From assembly GCA_965209155.1 (NCBI GenBank), contig OZ242383.1, positions 2,752,001 through 2,816,000 of the forward strand: 64,000 nt of DNA, in the 5' to 3' direction. This document shows positions 10,017 through 20,033 of this stretch, in pieces. The translations under genes and the position numbers were made by a program. The notes under the pieces were generated by a model. The model had not been told where the DNA came from. It saw only the letters and a program-made list of their open reading frames with translations, and ran no database searches. This stretch comes from a bacterium (GTDB lineage: Bacteria; SAR324; NAC60-12). Position 1 is the stretch's first letter; each line of letters begins with the position of its first letter.

Positions 10017-10261
10017 GCGGATCTCTCAGATTGATAGATTTTTAATTTTTTTTACGAACCCTGCATTTTTTTTATTTGGGGGTTGACATTATACTAAGTA
10101 TACTGCCAAAATCATGCCTTCCCTAAGTTGTTTTAGTGAAAGAGAGGGTTCCCGATTGATGGAACAATTTTGTGGGAAGACTTGAAAACGATCGGTCCTC
10201 TCCAGGAATCTTTTTTAATGATATTTAACTGAACGGGTTTTTCAGAGCCCTGAATAGTTAC
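10017..10261 (+). mobile_element. Solo right-end fragment of the IS66 element (promoter + structured leader + terminal IR)
   Basis: Aligns by eye with 29299-29548; ends in CCTGAATAGTTAC, identical to the right IR of the intact IS66. Confidence 0.9.
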
Positions 10262-10346
10262 GCCATTTTAATATAAATGACTCTACGCAACAGTCGACAG
10301 TATAGTCAGTCTTCATATACGCAAATCCGGTAATAGGAGGAAAATC

Positions 10347-11348
10347 ATGGCAGTTGAACACAGACGATTGGGTAATCATGGCACGCTGGTGAGCAACCTG
10401 TGTCTCGGTACGGTCAACTTAGGGACAGTGACCAATGAAAAAGATAGCTTTGCCATCATGGACCGGGCATTGGAAGTCGGGATCAATTTCTTTGACACCG
10501 CTAACGTTTATGGATACCAGTGGGGATATGGTCGCGTTGAGGAAACTATTGGACGTTGGTTCGCCCAGGGCGATGGTCGCAGAGATGCGGTGGTGCTGGC
10601 AAGCAAGGTTTACCAGGGTTTCAAGAAGGAGGGCCTGAGAGCGGAACCGAATCGACAGTCCGATTGCTATGGCGCCGTCAAAATTCGGCGAGAACTCGAG
10701 GGTTCATTGCGACGCTTGCAAACCGACATTATTGATCTTTACCAAATGCACCACATCGACCGGGAATGTCCCTGGGAGGAGACCTGGCAGGCTTTTGACA
10801 GTCTGGTGAAGCAAGGTAAAGTCAACTACATCGGCTCCTCCAACTATGCCGGTTGGGACATTGCCACCGCGTGTCAGGAAGCGTCCCGGCGTAACAGGAT
10901 GGGGCTGGTGAGCGAACAGTCGCGATACAACCTCTGTGTCCGTATGGTTGAATTGGAGGTGATCCCGGCTTGCCGGCATTATGGATTGGCCCTGATTCCT
11001 TATAGTCCTGTACACGGAGGCCGCCTCGGGGGAATCTTGCAAAAACCACCAAAGGGCGGTCGCAGGGAACATGATAAGGACTATGAAACATTCGTCACGA
11101 AACACCGAACTCAGCTCGAACGGTATGAAGCCCTTTGCAAAAAGTTGGGAGAAGAACCCGCTGTCATTGCCCAGGCCTGGCTCCTGCACAATCCGGCCGT
11201 GACTTCGATCATTATTGGTCCCCGTACCATGGAACAGTTGGAAAGTTCGGTGCGCGCTACCGGGATCACGCTGGACCAGGAGACCCTGGACAAACTGGAT
11301 GAAATCTGGCCTGGGCCGGGGCAAGCGCCCGAAGCCTATGCCTGGTAA
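10347..11348 (+). CDS. Aldo/keto reductase
   Basis: LCLGT, FFDTANVYG, SLRRLQTDIIDLYQMHH, GKVNYIGSSN, IIGPRTMEQL; RBS AGGAGG. Confidence 0.95.
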   Translation: MAVEHRRLGNHGTLVSNLCLGTVNLGTVTNEKDSFAIMDRALEVGINFFDTANVYGYQWGYGRVEETIGRWFAQGDGRRDAVVLASKVYQGFKKEGLRAEPNRQSDCYGAVKIRRELEGSLRRLQTDIIDLYQMHHIDRECPWEETWQAFDSLVKQGKVNYIGSSNYAGWDIATACQEASRRNRMGLVSEQSRYNLCVRMVELEVIPACRHYGLALIPYSPVHGGRLGGILQKPPKGGRREHDKDYETFVTKHRTQLERYEALCKKLGEEPAVIAQAWLLHNPAVTSIIIGPRTMEQLESSVRATGITLDQETLDKLDEIWPGPGQAPEAYAW

Positions 11349-11385
11349 GAAACCCGAGTTCGACATACATCTTCAATTATTGATC

Positions 11386-11407
11386 AAGCCCGCGTGAAAG
11401 CGGTTCG
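11386..11407. terminator. Hairpin downstream of the aldo/keto reductase gene, possible terminator
   Basis: CCGC-GTGAAA-GCGG stem-loop; no clear U-tract. Confidence 0.35.
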
Positions 11408-11521
11408 ATTAGGCTGATTTAACCGGATGCGGCATGAACCTGAACCTCTTGTTCCAAGCGGTCATCTGAACCGAGGACTTGAGATTAAGAACGTGGGAAC
11501 ATTGGGGTGCCGGTTGATTGA

Positions 11522-11550
11522 ATGATACTCTCATTTTAACCTTTTGTCAA
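11522..11550 (-). promoter_or_regulatory. Sigma70-like promoter on the minus strand
   Basis: TTGACA-17 nt-TATCAT; no protein-coding ORF downstream. Confidence 0.6.
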
Positions 11551-11865
11551 GAAATTTTTATACTTGAAACGGGTTAATTTCAGACTTTCATATCGTCCTG
11601 ACGGTTCACCGTGCAGCAAAAAGAAGGATCACGTTATTGCTCTTCCGTCTTTTGAATTAGATATTGTATAATCCCTCTGCAAATGATGGTCAAGGTTTTT
11701 TTGAACAGGGCGACTCATTCATGAGTGTCTACTGATGATCAACGAAAATATTTTTTCATATTGAGAGAAAGAAGTCAACATTGGCACTGTTCCATTCCCC
11801 GTAGACCGTTTCTAAAAATCCTTTGGGGAGGAGATGAGGTTTGCATGACTTTTTGGATCTAAAGG

Positions 11866-12277
11866 AAAATCAAAATTTTCGCAAGAACGAGTTCAGGATA
11901 TTTTTCGGTTTTTGCGGATGATGTTTAGAGGTTTTTGGGGTAGATTCGAGTTTTTAAGGATATTGCCGGACGTATTTCGTGTTTTTCAGGATTCTTCTTC
12001 CTGTTCGTGCACTGGTGGCGCTCTTTGTGTTTCTTCTCCAATGTGCTTTAATATTTTCTTCACTTCGTGATAGTCGGTAATAAAGGCGATGATTTTCATC
12101 TCCTTACCGCATTTGGGGTATGTCAGGGAATTATCGTCGAAGATTTTATGGATTAACCGTGCCCAGGTGAAATTTGCTTTGGCGGTACCTTTTAGCTCTT
12201 CTGTCTCAATTTTTTGCTCCCCTGTCTTTGCTTTTTCTTTGTTTTCCTTCCCTCGATAGGAACTGCTGTAAACTCCA
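11866..12277 (-). mobile_element. IS91/ISCR-family transposase 3' remnant with downstream end region, copy 1
   Basis: TWARLIHKIF...(C/Y)PKCGKEMKIIAFITD...KILKHIG is a typical IS91-family C-terminus; near-identical to 13674-14085. Confidence 0.8.
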
Positions 12278-12583
12278 ATAAAAATTAGGACCATAATTGT
12301 CGAAATAGGTTCTATTCAAATCAGCAATGTGTGTAACATTTCTATTGTAAGAATGATTTTTGTTTTTGCGAGCAAGAACAACAACAAACTGCCCCAAAGG
12401 CATATTAATATCAATATCTTGTCTATCGTCTGGACCATATATAGCTTTTGGAGTGATTCTTCTTTCGGTTTCTATGACTGATTCCTTAATTATTAATGGC
12501 TCAGTTTGCATTAAATATTGAGAAGTTTGTTGAATCTCTCATTCTGAGTCCTTTAAGCGCTAAATTCTTTATAGGAGAAAGAG

Positions 12584-13253
12584 ATGGATCATACTGAATT
12601 CAAAGAATATCTTTCACGTCTTGGGGAGTTGAGTCTAACACAAAAAGGAAGCTGTCTCATGTTTTGCGAATCAAGGATGAAGACGAGTCAGTGGTAGAGA
12701 AACTTGAGAAGCGCTTCAGCGGGGACGAGCACTGTCCCCATTGCAAGCATAATCAATTTCAAAGGTGGGGAAGATCACAGGGAATGTAACGCTACCGTTG
12801 TAATAGCTGCCAGAAGATTTTCAACGCAGCCACTGGAACACCCTTGGCTCGCCTGCGGAAAAAGGAGAAGTGGCTGGAGTTTTCCAAGGAGATGGTTGAG
12901 GGCTTGAGTGTCCGCATAGCGGCCAGAAAATGCGGGATCGACACCACCACTAGTTTCCGCTGGCGTCACCGATTCCTGCGTGGTTTGAGGGACAAGACTG
13001 AGAACGTCGCGCATGTCCGACTGATCGCCTCCAATGAGAGCAGAGTCATTAACAAGGTCTATCACATTCAAAATGCCAACGCATATGACAGCCGATTAAA
13101 AGGATGGATGCACCGATTCAATAGGGTTGCAACAAAATACCTCCCCAATTACTTGGGATGGAGGCGATGCCTTGAAAAACAGGGAAATTCAATCGCACCG
13201 CTGACCTATCTCAACTGTGCTTTGGAGTGACCAATACTAAACACAAATAGAGC
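12584..13253 (+). pseudogene. IS1595-family transposase pseudogene
   Basis: CPHC...RYRCNSC zinc ribbon, TGTPLARLRKK, AARKCGID...FRWRHRFL, HIQNANAYDSRLKGWM..FNRVATKYLPNYLGW; early frameshift, in-frame TAA and most of the DDE core missing. Confidence 0.85.
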
Positions 13254-13302
13254 CTTATTAATTGAGTTGCAAAAAAAACTAAAATGATGTAATATTGGTT
13301 CC

Positions 13303-13650
13303 ATGAATGCAAAATTTTTATTTTTTATTCTTATTTTTTTTATTTCCTTTGATTTTTTAGTTGAGGCCAAACAAAAAAAAAGACTTCATACAACAAGCAG
13401 AAATCTTTCCTCAAACTTTATTTTTCAGGAAAGTAAAAAGGATGTTGAGTTGATTCTATCAAAATTTGGTGACGATGAAGCGATGAAACTTAATGCCATA
13501 CTGAGGGTAGATAACAATACTTATCAAGTTCAGATAGTAATATCAAACAATCATTGTAATGCCTATCGTTTAAGAGTGAATAGAAAAGCCAAAACAGCAA
13601 GTTTTTTAAAAGGACACTTTGATTGCATAAAATTTGAGGAAGATCTCTAG
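13303..13650 (+). CDS. Hypothetical exported protein, AT-rich
   Basis: 115-aa ORF with hydrophobic signal-like N-terminus ending VEA; no family recognised. Confidence 0.5.
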   Translation: MNAKFLFFILIFFISFDFLVEAKQKKRLHTTSRNLSSNFIFQESKKDVELILSKFGDDEAMKLNAILRVDNNTYQVQIVISNNHCNAYRLRVNRKAKTASFLKGHFDCIKFEEDL

Positions 13651-13673
13651 TCGTGTCCAAAAAGTATCTATAA

Positions 13674-14150
13674 GAAAATCAAAAATTTCGCAAGAACGAG
13701 TTCAGGATATTTTTTGGTTTTTGCGGATGATGTTTAGAGGTTTTGGGGTAGATTCGAGTTTTAAAGGATATTGCCGGACGTATTTCGTGTTTTTCAGGAT
13801 TCTTCTTCCTGTTCGTGCATTGGTGGCGCTCTTTGTGTTTCTTCTCCAATGTGCTTTAATATTTTCTTCACTTCGTGATAGTCGGTAATAAAGGCGATGA
13901 TTTTCATCTCCTTACCGCATTTGGGGCATGTCAGGGAATTTTCGTCGAAGATTTTATGGATTAACCGTGCCCAGGTGGAATTTGCTTTGGCGGTACCTTT
14001 TAGCTCTTCTGTCTCAATTTTTTGCTCCCCTGTCTTTGTTTTTTCTTTGTTTTCCTTCCCTCGATAGGAACTGCTGTAAACTCCATCGTAAAAAGCCACT
14101 GTTTCGTATGGTGAGGGAATATGCCCGGCTACCAGAGCCATAAATTCAAG
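13674..14150 (-). mobile_element. IS91/ISCR-family transposase 3' remnant, copy 2
   Basis: EFMALVAGHIPSPYE...YDGVYSS and CPKCGKEMKIIAFITD motifs; direct repeat of copy 1. Confidence 0.82.
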
Positions 14151-14160
14151 AACCGAATAA

Positions 14161-14400
14161 GTGGCCTTTTTTCCTAATAATGATGAATTTACCCTGAATT
14201 ACGTAACAGAATTAATTTTTCAGCAAGGATATTTTTCAGGATGGATCCGCGGACACCATCGATTTGGTCTTATGTTTAAAGAGCAAATCGGTTATCGTTT
14301 AGATCAGGATGGTAATATTCTTCCGCTCCATTATGCGGAAATGAAAATCAATAGAAGAAAGGTATATCATGTCATCCCACGTACAAAACCAAGTACATGA
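14161..14400 (+). pseudogene. Possible polymorphic-toxin C-terminal nuclease fragment
   Basis: No clear start; ends IGY...G...HYAE.K....YHVIP, reminiscent of toxin RNase tips; overlaps the next small ORF. Confidence 0.3.
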
Positions 14401-14626
14401 AGAGAATAAGTTAACCGGAGTATATGAATATTGGGTCGATGAAACAGCTTATCCTCCTTATGTCCTAATCGTTGGCAATGAGGATAAACAGTTTAAAGTT
14501 TATGATCCCAAAGAGAACTATGAAGTAACCTATAGTTCGCCAACTTATGCGGATGTTGTTCATTGGCTGCATGAAGATGAATATATTCGTGTATCGAAAG
14601 CGGTACAATGGGATATTGCCGCATAA
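14369..14626 (+). CDS. Small acidic hypothetical protein, possible immunity protein
   Basis: 85-aa Tyr/Trp/Glu-rich ORF with RBS (GAAAGG), overlapping the upstream ORF. Confidence 0.5.
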   Translation: MSSHVQNQVHEENKLTGVYEYWVDETAYPPYVLIVGNEDKQFKVYDPKENYEVTYSSPTYADVVHWLHEDEYIRVSKAVQWDIAA

Positions 14627-14857
14627 TTAGCATACTGAATTTTGCCGCATCAGAAAAGTGAGAGCTCTACAAGATGCTTCAGCAGACTCCCACCACAGCC
14701 GGTTTGATCAACGAGCTTGGTTGAAGAAAAAGTCCATTTCTCCCATCTCGTCTTTGGTGGGAGACTGTTGATCGTGACGTTTTGCTTCCCCAATAAAATC
14801 AGCTCTTCTTCATACATTTCCGTTGCCAGCTATAGCACCTAGTGATATAGTAATAAA

Positions 14858-14942
14858 ATGAAAAAACTAATGACCAAACACTTCTCAAAATGGGCTTCGA
14901 AACAAGATTTATCACTGGAAGATCTCTCTAACGCTCTCGATT
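14858..14942 (+). pseudogene. N-terminal fragment of a RelE/ParE-like toxin
   Basis: MKKLMTKHFSKWASKQDLSLEDL resembles RelE-like (DUF1044-type) N-termini; cut off at the convergent PhyH stop. Confidence 0.5.
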
Positions 14943-15947
14943 TCAGGCCTCCTCCACAGGGACATAGTTCAGGTACAAATGGTCCTTGGTGGTGGGGTCT
15001 TTTACGATGCGATACTGCTGTCCATGGATGGAGACCGGCTCCTCAAAAATTTGGGACCAGGTCTTATCAGTGGCGCGCTCACGCCAGGGGAACACCCCGC
15101 GAGTATCACTGTAGCCCCAGATATCTTCGAGGTTGAGCAATTTACGAAAGCGCACCCCATTGCGGGCAATCATTTCATCGCTGATCCGGCCTTGGAAGTT
15201 CTCCTGCAAACGGTAATGGAACGCACCAAAAAACAAGCTCAGGCTGAGCCGTAATCCCGGATTTTCCCGGGGAAACGCCCCATGCCACACGTTGCCATGG
15301 AACACCAGGACGGAGCCGGCAGGGGCTTCGACCGGAACCGCCTCCTCCACCCCCTCACCAGGTTTGGGTTTACGGCGGAGTTTGTGGGAGCCCGGAACAA
15401 CGCAAAAAGCGCCATTGGCTTTAGTGTAGTCGGTGAGAATCCAATTGGTGTTGAAACACTGGGGAGGATCCGGCAAATAGGTCCCTTGAAACAGGTGGTC
15501 GTCGGCATGAAGGCCCAGGTTCTTCCCATAGCCCTCAGGATCCTGCCATTTGATGAAAGCGCAGAGGGAAGAGAGCAGACAGGTATGGCCCAAGTAGTGT
15601 TCCACCAGGGGCAGGGTCATCGGGTGTTGAATGATTTTTTCAAAAGCGGGATCTTCCTCGAGAATGGAAACCAGGAGAAATTGATGCTGATAGGAGGCCA
15701 TGATGTCGAGGTTACCGTGGGCCCCTGTCTCCAGGTCGTGCTTGACACCGGTGCGCTCTTCGGCAATTCGGAGAACGGCTGCCCGGCATTGCTCCACAAG
15801 GTCCGGCTCGCCGATCTGCTCAGGAGTGATCACGGTCAATCCATAAGCATCGAGTTCTTCCAGGTTTTTGGTGAGCCCGCGTTCCCTGATCACTTGATAG
15901 GTCGAAGGCATGGTTGTCGCTTGGTTTTTCCAGTCTTGAGTCATCAT
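14943..15947 (-). CDS. PhyH-family 2OG-Fe(II) dioxygenase (tandem paralog 3)
   Basis: LHAD, NWILTDYTKANGAFCVVPGSHK, HGNVWHGA. Confidence 0.92.
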   Translation of the reverse strand: MMTQDWKNQATTMPSTYQVIRERGLTKNLEELDAYGLTVITPEQIGEPDLVEQCRAAVLRIAEERTGVKHDLETGAHGNLDIMASYQHQFLLVSILEEDPAFEKIIQHPMTLPLVEHYLGHTCLLSSLCAFIKWQDPEGYGKNLGLHADDHLFQGTYLPDPPQCFNTNWILTDYTKANGAFCVVPGSHKLRRKPKPGEGVEEAVPVEAPAGSVLVFHGNVWHGAFPRENPGLRLSLSLFFGAFHYRLQENFQGRISDEMIARNGVRFRKLLNLEDIWGYSDTRGVFPWRERATDKTWSQIFEEPVSIHGQQYRIVKDPTTKDHLYLNYVPVEEA

Positions 15948-15959
15948 GGACTTCCTTTC

Positions 15960-16904
15960 TTATAAAGATCGTTTTTCTCGCATATCGTTAAAGACCGTCT
16001 GTCGTTCATTTTCCGTCATGGTGTCCCAGGCCTCCCGGAGGTAGTAGGGAATGGGACCCCGTTCGTCGGTCCATCCCCAGACATCCTCATAGCCCACCAG
16101 GACGCGAAAGCGCTCACCGTTGCGGGCAAGCATTTCCTCGGTGATCCGTCCCTGAAAGTTTTCCTGACAACGAAAATGCCGCCCACAATAATAAGTATTG
16201 ACCGACAAGCGAATGCCGGGAGTGAGACGGGGAAATGCGCCATGCCAGACATTGCCGTGAAAGACGATGGCTGACCCGGCTGGTGCTTCCACGGGGATCG
16301 CGTCTTCGACGCCTTCTCCGGGTTCGGGATGCCGGCAGAGTTTGTGGGAGCCGGGCACGATACAAAAAGCGCCATTCTCTTTGGTATAGTCCGTGAGAAT
16401 CCAATTGCAATTGAAAGTATGAGGCACCACTCCCGGCAAAGGCCCATCATACAATCGCGTATCGTCATGCAGACCCAGGGTTTTCCCATAACCTTCGGGC
16501 TCCTGCCATTTGAGGAAGGAAACCAGCGAGGACAATTGGCATCGAGTTCCCAGAAAGTACTCAATCAGGGGCAGGGTTTTCGGGTGTTGAATGATCTCCT
16601 CAAAGACGCGATCGTGCTCCAGTAAGGCAAAGAGCAAGTACTGCCCTTTGTTGGCGCCAATATTGTGGAGCCGTCCATGGGCGCCGGTTTCGAGGTCGTG
16701 CTTGACACCCGTACGCTCCTCAGCCAAGCGGAGCAGCGCCGCCCGGGCACGCTCCAAAAGGCTGGGATCTCCCAGTTCTTCGGGAAGAAGAACCGTCAAA
16801 CCATAGGCATGCAATTCTTCAAGATGCTCGCTCAGTCCCCGTTCTTTGATCATTTGGTAAGCCGGGGATATGGTTTTCAGTTGAGGCCAATTTTGCGTTG
16901 TCAT
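15960..16904 (-). CDS. PhyH-family 2OG-Fe(II) dioxygenase (tandem paralog 2)
   Basis: LHDD, NWILTDYTKENGAFCIVPGSHK, HGNVWHGA. Confidence 0.92.
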   Translation of the reverse strand: MTTQNWPQLKTISPAYQMIKERGLSEHLEELHAYGLTVLLPEELGDPSLLERARAALLRLAEERTGVKHDLETGAHGRLHNIGANKGQYLLFALLEHDRVFEEIIQHPKTLPLIEYFLGTRCQLSSLVSFLKWQEPEGYGKTLGLHDDTRLYDGPLPGVVPHTFNCNWILTDYTKENGAFCIVPGSHKLCRHPEPGEGVEDAIPVEAPAGSAIVFHGNVWHGAFPRLTPGIRLSVNTYYCGRHFRCQENFQGRITEEMLARNGERFRVLVGYEDVWGWTDERGPIPYYLREAWDTMTENERQTVFNDMREKRSL

Positions 16905-17051
16905 ATTGGTTTCCTTGTATTGCGTTGGGTGTCTTCCCGAATAAAAGTGAGGGATCTTTAAGAATTCCGCAATTTTTTGGAGATTTCTCCCTATTTGTTC
17001 GAGATGACGAAATTCAGGTTTTTACCGGATTCCTATTTTAATTTTTATAAA

Positions 17052-17147
17052 GGGTAGCGGAGTGTTTTCTCCATTGTCATTCCGGCCCCGAGCCGGAATC
17101 CATTCCTTCAATCCTCGATTTCTGGATCCGGGACCGGGAAGACACAT
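17052..17147. repeat. Degenerate copy of the GTCATTCC...GGAATGAC palindromic repeat
   Basis: GGGTAGCGGAGT...TGTCATTCCGGCCCCGAGCCGGAATCC...CGATTTCTGGAT matches the 23614-23997 units. Confidence 0.8.
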
Positions 17148-17197
17148 CCATAGAGATTAACTCTTGGATATTATATGAATAAATACTCCGTCACTAC

Positions 17198-18151
17198 TTA
17201 TTTTATTTTTACAGAAATGTTTTTATATAGTTCATCTTTGGCTGCCTGCCTTTCACTATTGTTGAGGGATTCCCAGTTGTCACGGAGGCAATAGGGAACC
17301 GGTCCTCGTTTGTCCTTCCATCCCCAAGGATCGTCATAGTTCAGCAGTTGGCGAAAGCGGGCATTGTTGCGAGCCAGCATTTCTTCACTGATCCGGCCTT
17401 GAAAGTCTTCCTGAACCCGGAAATGCCGGCCGCAATAGTATGCATTGACCGACAGACGCAGACCCGGGTTGATCCGGGGGAACGCCCCATGCCAGACATT
17501 GCCGTGAAAGACCAGGACCGATCCGGCTTCCGCTTCAATCGGGACCGCGTCTTCGACGCCCTCTCCGGGTTTGGGATGTCTGCAAAGTTTGTGGGAGCCG
17601 GGCACAATGCAAAAAGCGCCGTTGTCTTTGGTGTAGTCGGTGAGAATCCAATTGGTATTGAAGGTATGAGGCACCACCCCTGGCAGAGGACCATCATACA
17701 ACCCCGTATCGTCGTGCAAACCGAGCCCTTCTCCGTAACCGTGAGGATTCTGCCATTTGACGAAACAGGTGAGCGAGGACAACTGACAGGCGGTTCCAAT
17801 AAAGTATTCCACCAGGGGAAGGGTCATCTTATGCTGGATGATTTCTTCGAAAACCCGGTCACTCTCCAGAAAGGCAAAGATCAGGTATTGACTGTCATTG
17901 GAACCCACCGCATCGAATACGCCATGTACTCCGCTGTCGATATCGTGTTTGACGCCCGTTCGGTCCTCGGTAAGTTCAAGGATCGCTGCCCGGGCGCGTT
18001 CCAGGATGCTGGGGTCTCCTATTTTTTCAGGAGGAATGACGGTCAATCCAAAGGCTTGCAGCTCTTCCAGGTGTTCGGCAAGCCCCCGTTCTTTGATCAA
18101 ATGATAGGCGGGGGAAACGGTATTCAATTGAGTCCAGTTTTGCGTTGTCAT
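17198..18151 (-). CDS. PhyH-family 2OG-Fe(II) dioxygenase (tandem paralog 1)
   Basis: LHDD, NWILTDYTKDNGAFCIVPGSHK, HGNVWHGA. Confidence 0.92.
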   Translation of the reverse strand: MTTQNWTQLNTVSPAYHLIKERGLAEHLEELQAFGLTVIPPEKIGDPSILERARAAILELTEDRTGVKHDIDSGVHGVFDAVGSNDSQYLIFAFLESDRVFEEIIQHKMTLPLVEYFIGTACQLSSLTCFVKWQNPHGYGEGLGLHDDTGLYDGPLPGVVPHTFNTNWILTDYTKDNGAFCIVPGSHKLCRHPKPGEGVEDAVPIEAEAGSVLVFHGNVWHGAFPRINPGLRLSVNAYYCGRHFRVQEDFQGRISEEMLARNNARFRQLLNYDDPWGWKDKRGPVPYCLRDNWESLNNSERQAAKDELYKNISVKIK

Positions 18152-18167
18152 GTTAACTCCTTCTGGT

Positions 18168-19130
18168 TTATTTGTTTTTTAATTGTCGATAAAACTTTTG
18201 GATTGCTTTCTTCGCGGTTCCTAAATTGCCGGCGCCTCCTTTCAGTCGGGGATCTACCAAATCTCTGACGGCATCACCGAACATATTGATTGAAAAGACC
18301 ACAACCGCCAAACAAGCGCCGGGCCATAAAGCCAAATCCGGGCTGCGCAACATATATTTTTTTCCGGCCAGGTTGAGCATCCCACCCCAACTTGGCTCGG
18401 GAGGCGGAATTCCGAATCCGAGAAAACTGATCTCCGCCTCGGTAATGATGGCTGCACCCAAGGCGGTGGAGAACATCACGATCATCGGGGCAACCAGTTG
18501 AGGGAGAATATGCCTCCAGAGGATTCGCCAGGTTCCGCAGCCCACCGAGCGGGCAGCCTCCACATACATGTTTTCCTTGGCACTGAGCACCACACCCCGC
18601 AGGATGCGCGATCCCCCGATGCCCCACCACACTCCGATCACGATAATCACTGAAACGATTCCCTGGGGCAGCAGGGTCATCACAGTCAAGATAATGAAAA
18701 GGGGAGGAAAAGTAAGAAAGGCATCGACCAACCGTTGAATGAAGAGGTCCACTTTGCCCCCCAAATAGCCGGAGAGGAGGGCGAGGATCACGGCGATTAC
18801 CAGGTGGAGCGCCGCCGCGCCGACCCCGACAATCATCGAAATGCGAGCCCCAAAGACCAAACGGCTGAAGAGGTCCCGGCCGAGTTGGTCTGCTCCCAAA
18901 AGGTGTTCGGCAGAAGGATCGGCAAAACGGGCTTTCATATTGATTGCGCTGACACCATAGGGGGCGATGACGTCAGCAAAAATACCCACCAGCAGTAAAG
19001 CCAGGACCACCACCGCCCCGGCAGCGCCAAGTTTCTTCTCCCGGAGCAGTCTGACTATGAAGGATCGAATTTGTCCTCCGGACTTTGTTGTCCCGGTTGC
19101 TGCAATTCCAGTTTCGATGCTTGTTTCCAT
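18168..19130 (-). CDS. Peptide/nickel ABC transporter permease (DppC/OppC-like)
   Basis: HLLGADQLGRDLFSRLVFGARISM, YVEAARSVG (EAA loop), LSFLG-type PPPEPSWG. Confidence 0.95.
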   Translation of the reverse strand: METSIETGIAATGTTKSGGQIRSFIVRLLREKKLGAAGAVVVLALLLVGIFADVIAPYGVSAINMKARFADPSAEHLLGADQLGRDLFSRLVFGARISMIVGVGAAALHLVIAVILALLSGYLGGKVDLFIQRLVDAFLTFPPLFIILTVMTLLPQGIVSVIIVIGVWWGIGGSRILRGVVLSAKENMYVEAARSVGCGTWRILWRHILPQLVAPMIVMFSTALGAAIITEAEISFLGFGIPPPEPSWGGMLNLAGKKYMLRSPDLALWPGACLAVVVFSINMFGDAVRDLVDPRLKGGAGNLGTAKKAIQKFYRQLKNK

Positions 19131-19172
19131 GGTTTTTTAAATTTGAAAACAGGGCATTGGGTAGAGTCCGAT

Positions 19173-20033
19173 TCAGCCGTCGTAAAACTGCATGGGGTGC
19201 AGTCCGAGCAAGCGGCGTTCCCGATCCGAAGCAATACGTTCGATAGCAGCCGGGTCGACGTGATTCACGGACTCCGTAGTTTTGACCCGTTGGGCGATAT
19301 CACGCCTGGCGTAATGCACCTGCAGGAAAAATCGACCCGTGTCCCCTTCCTGCGTGGGCAGCCGCCGGTGCCATATGTCGGAGACAAACAATGCCACGTC
19401 ACCTGCTTTGGCAATCAAGGGTTTCGCTTTGACTCCGTTCCAACTCAGTTCATCGTCCATGATCCGATCCAAGGGTGGGTGCGTTCCAGACTTGTGACTG
19501 CCCGGGATCACTCCGGTGGGACCACATTTGCGAGGGCAGTCGATTAAAAAGATATGGGCTCCTATGGCAAATACCGGATGGGGAAGGTTTTCCGGCCAGA
19601 CCTGGTCCGGACGGAGGGGAATGTGCGGACCGCCATCGAGATGCCATCCTCCGGCCAGACCCACTTCACCAGGAGGATTTTTCCAGCAGATATTGGCAAT
19701 GATGTGACAGTCTTCCCCCAGCAGGGGCTCAATCACGTCGAGAATCTCCCGTCGTCCCGCAATGGCCTGACACAATGGGCTGTGATTATACATCTCGTAG
19801 CGGAAATGGTGACTATCATTCAAACCCAGTTTATCGCGGTACCGGCTATCCGGCTGACGTTCGTCGTAAACCTTATTGATTTCTGTTCTGAGCGCTTTCA
19901 ACTCCCTGGCGTTGAAGGCTTTGCGTACAATAGTATACCCCTGCTCCTCCAACTCTACGGACTCTTCAGGCACCGGGGTCTCCCGGACTGCCAGGTATTT
20001 GATATCGCCCATCCATTCTTTACGTGTCAGCAT
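19173..20033 (-). CDS. PhyH-family 2OG-Fe(II) dioxygenase (divergent)
   Basis: GYTIVRKAF, WHLD, GPTGVIPGSHKSG, SDIWHR. Confidence 0.88.
   Translation of the reverse strand: MLTRKEWMGDIKYLAVRETPVPEESVELEEQGYTIVRKAFNARELKALRTEINKVYDERQPDSRYRDKLGLNDSHHFRYEMYNHSPLCQAIAGRREILDVIEPLLGEDCHIIANICWKNPPGEVGLAGGWHLDGGPHIPLRPDQVWPENLPHPVFAIGAHIFLIDCPRKCGPTGVIPGSHKSGTHPPLDRIMDDELSWNGVKAKPLIAKAGDVALFVSDIWHRRLPTQEGDTGRFFLQVHYARRDIAQRVKTTESVNHVDPAAIERIASDRERRLLGLHPMQFYDG

Noticed and set aside
11385..11515. Firm 6S or SRP RNA call
   Set aside because: Too short for a typical 6S RNA and lacks the SRP GGAA-loop/AGCAG motif; kept only as a candidate sRNA
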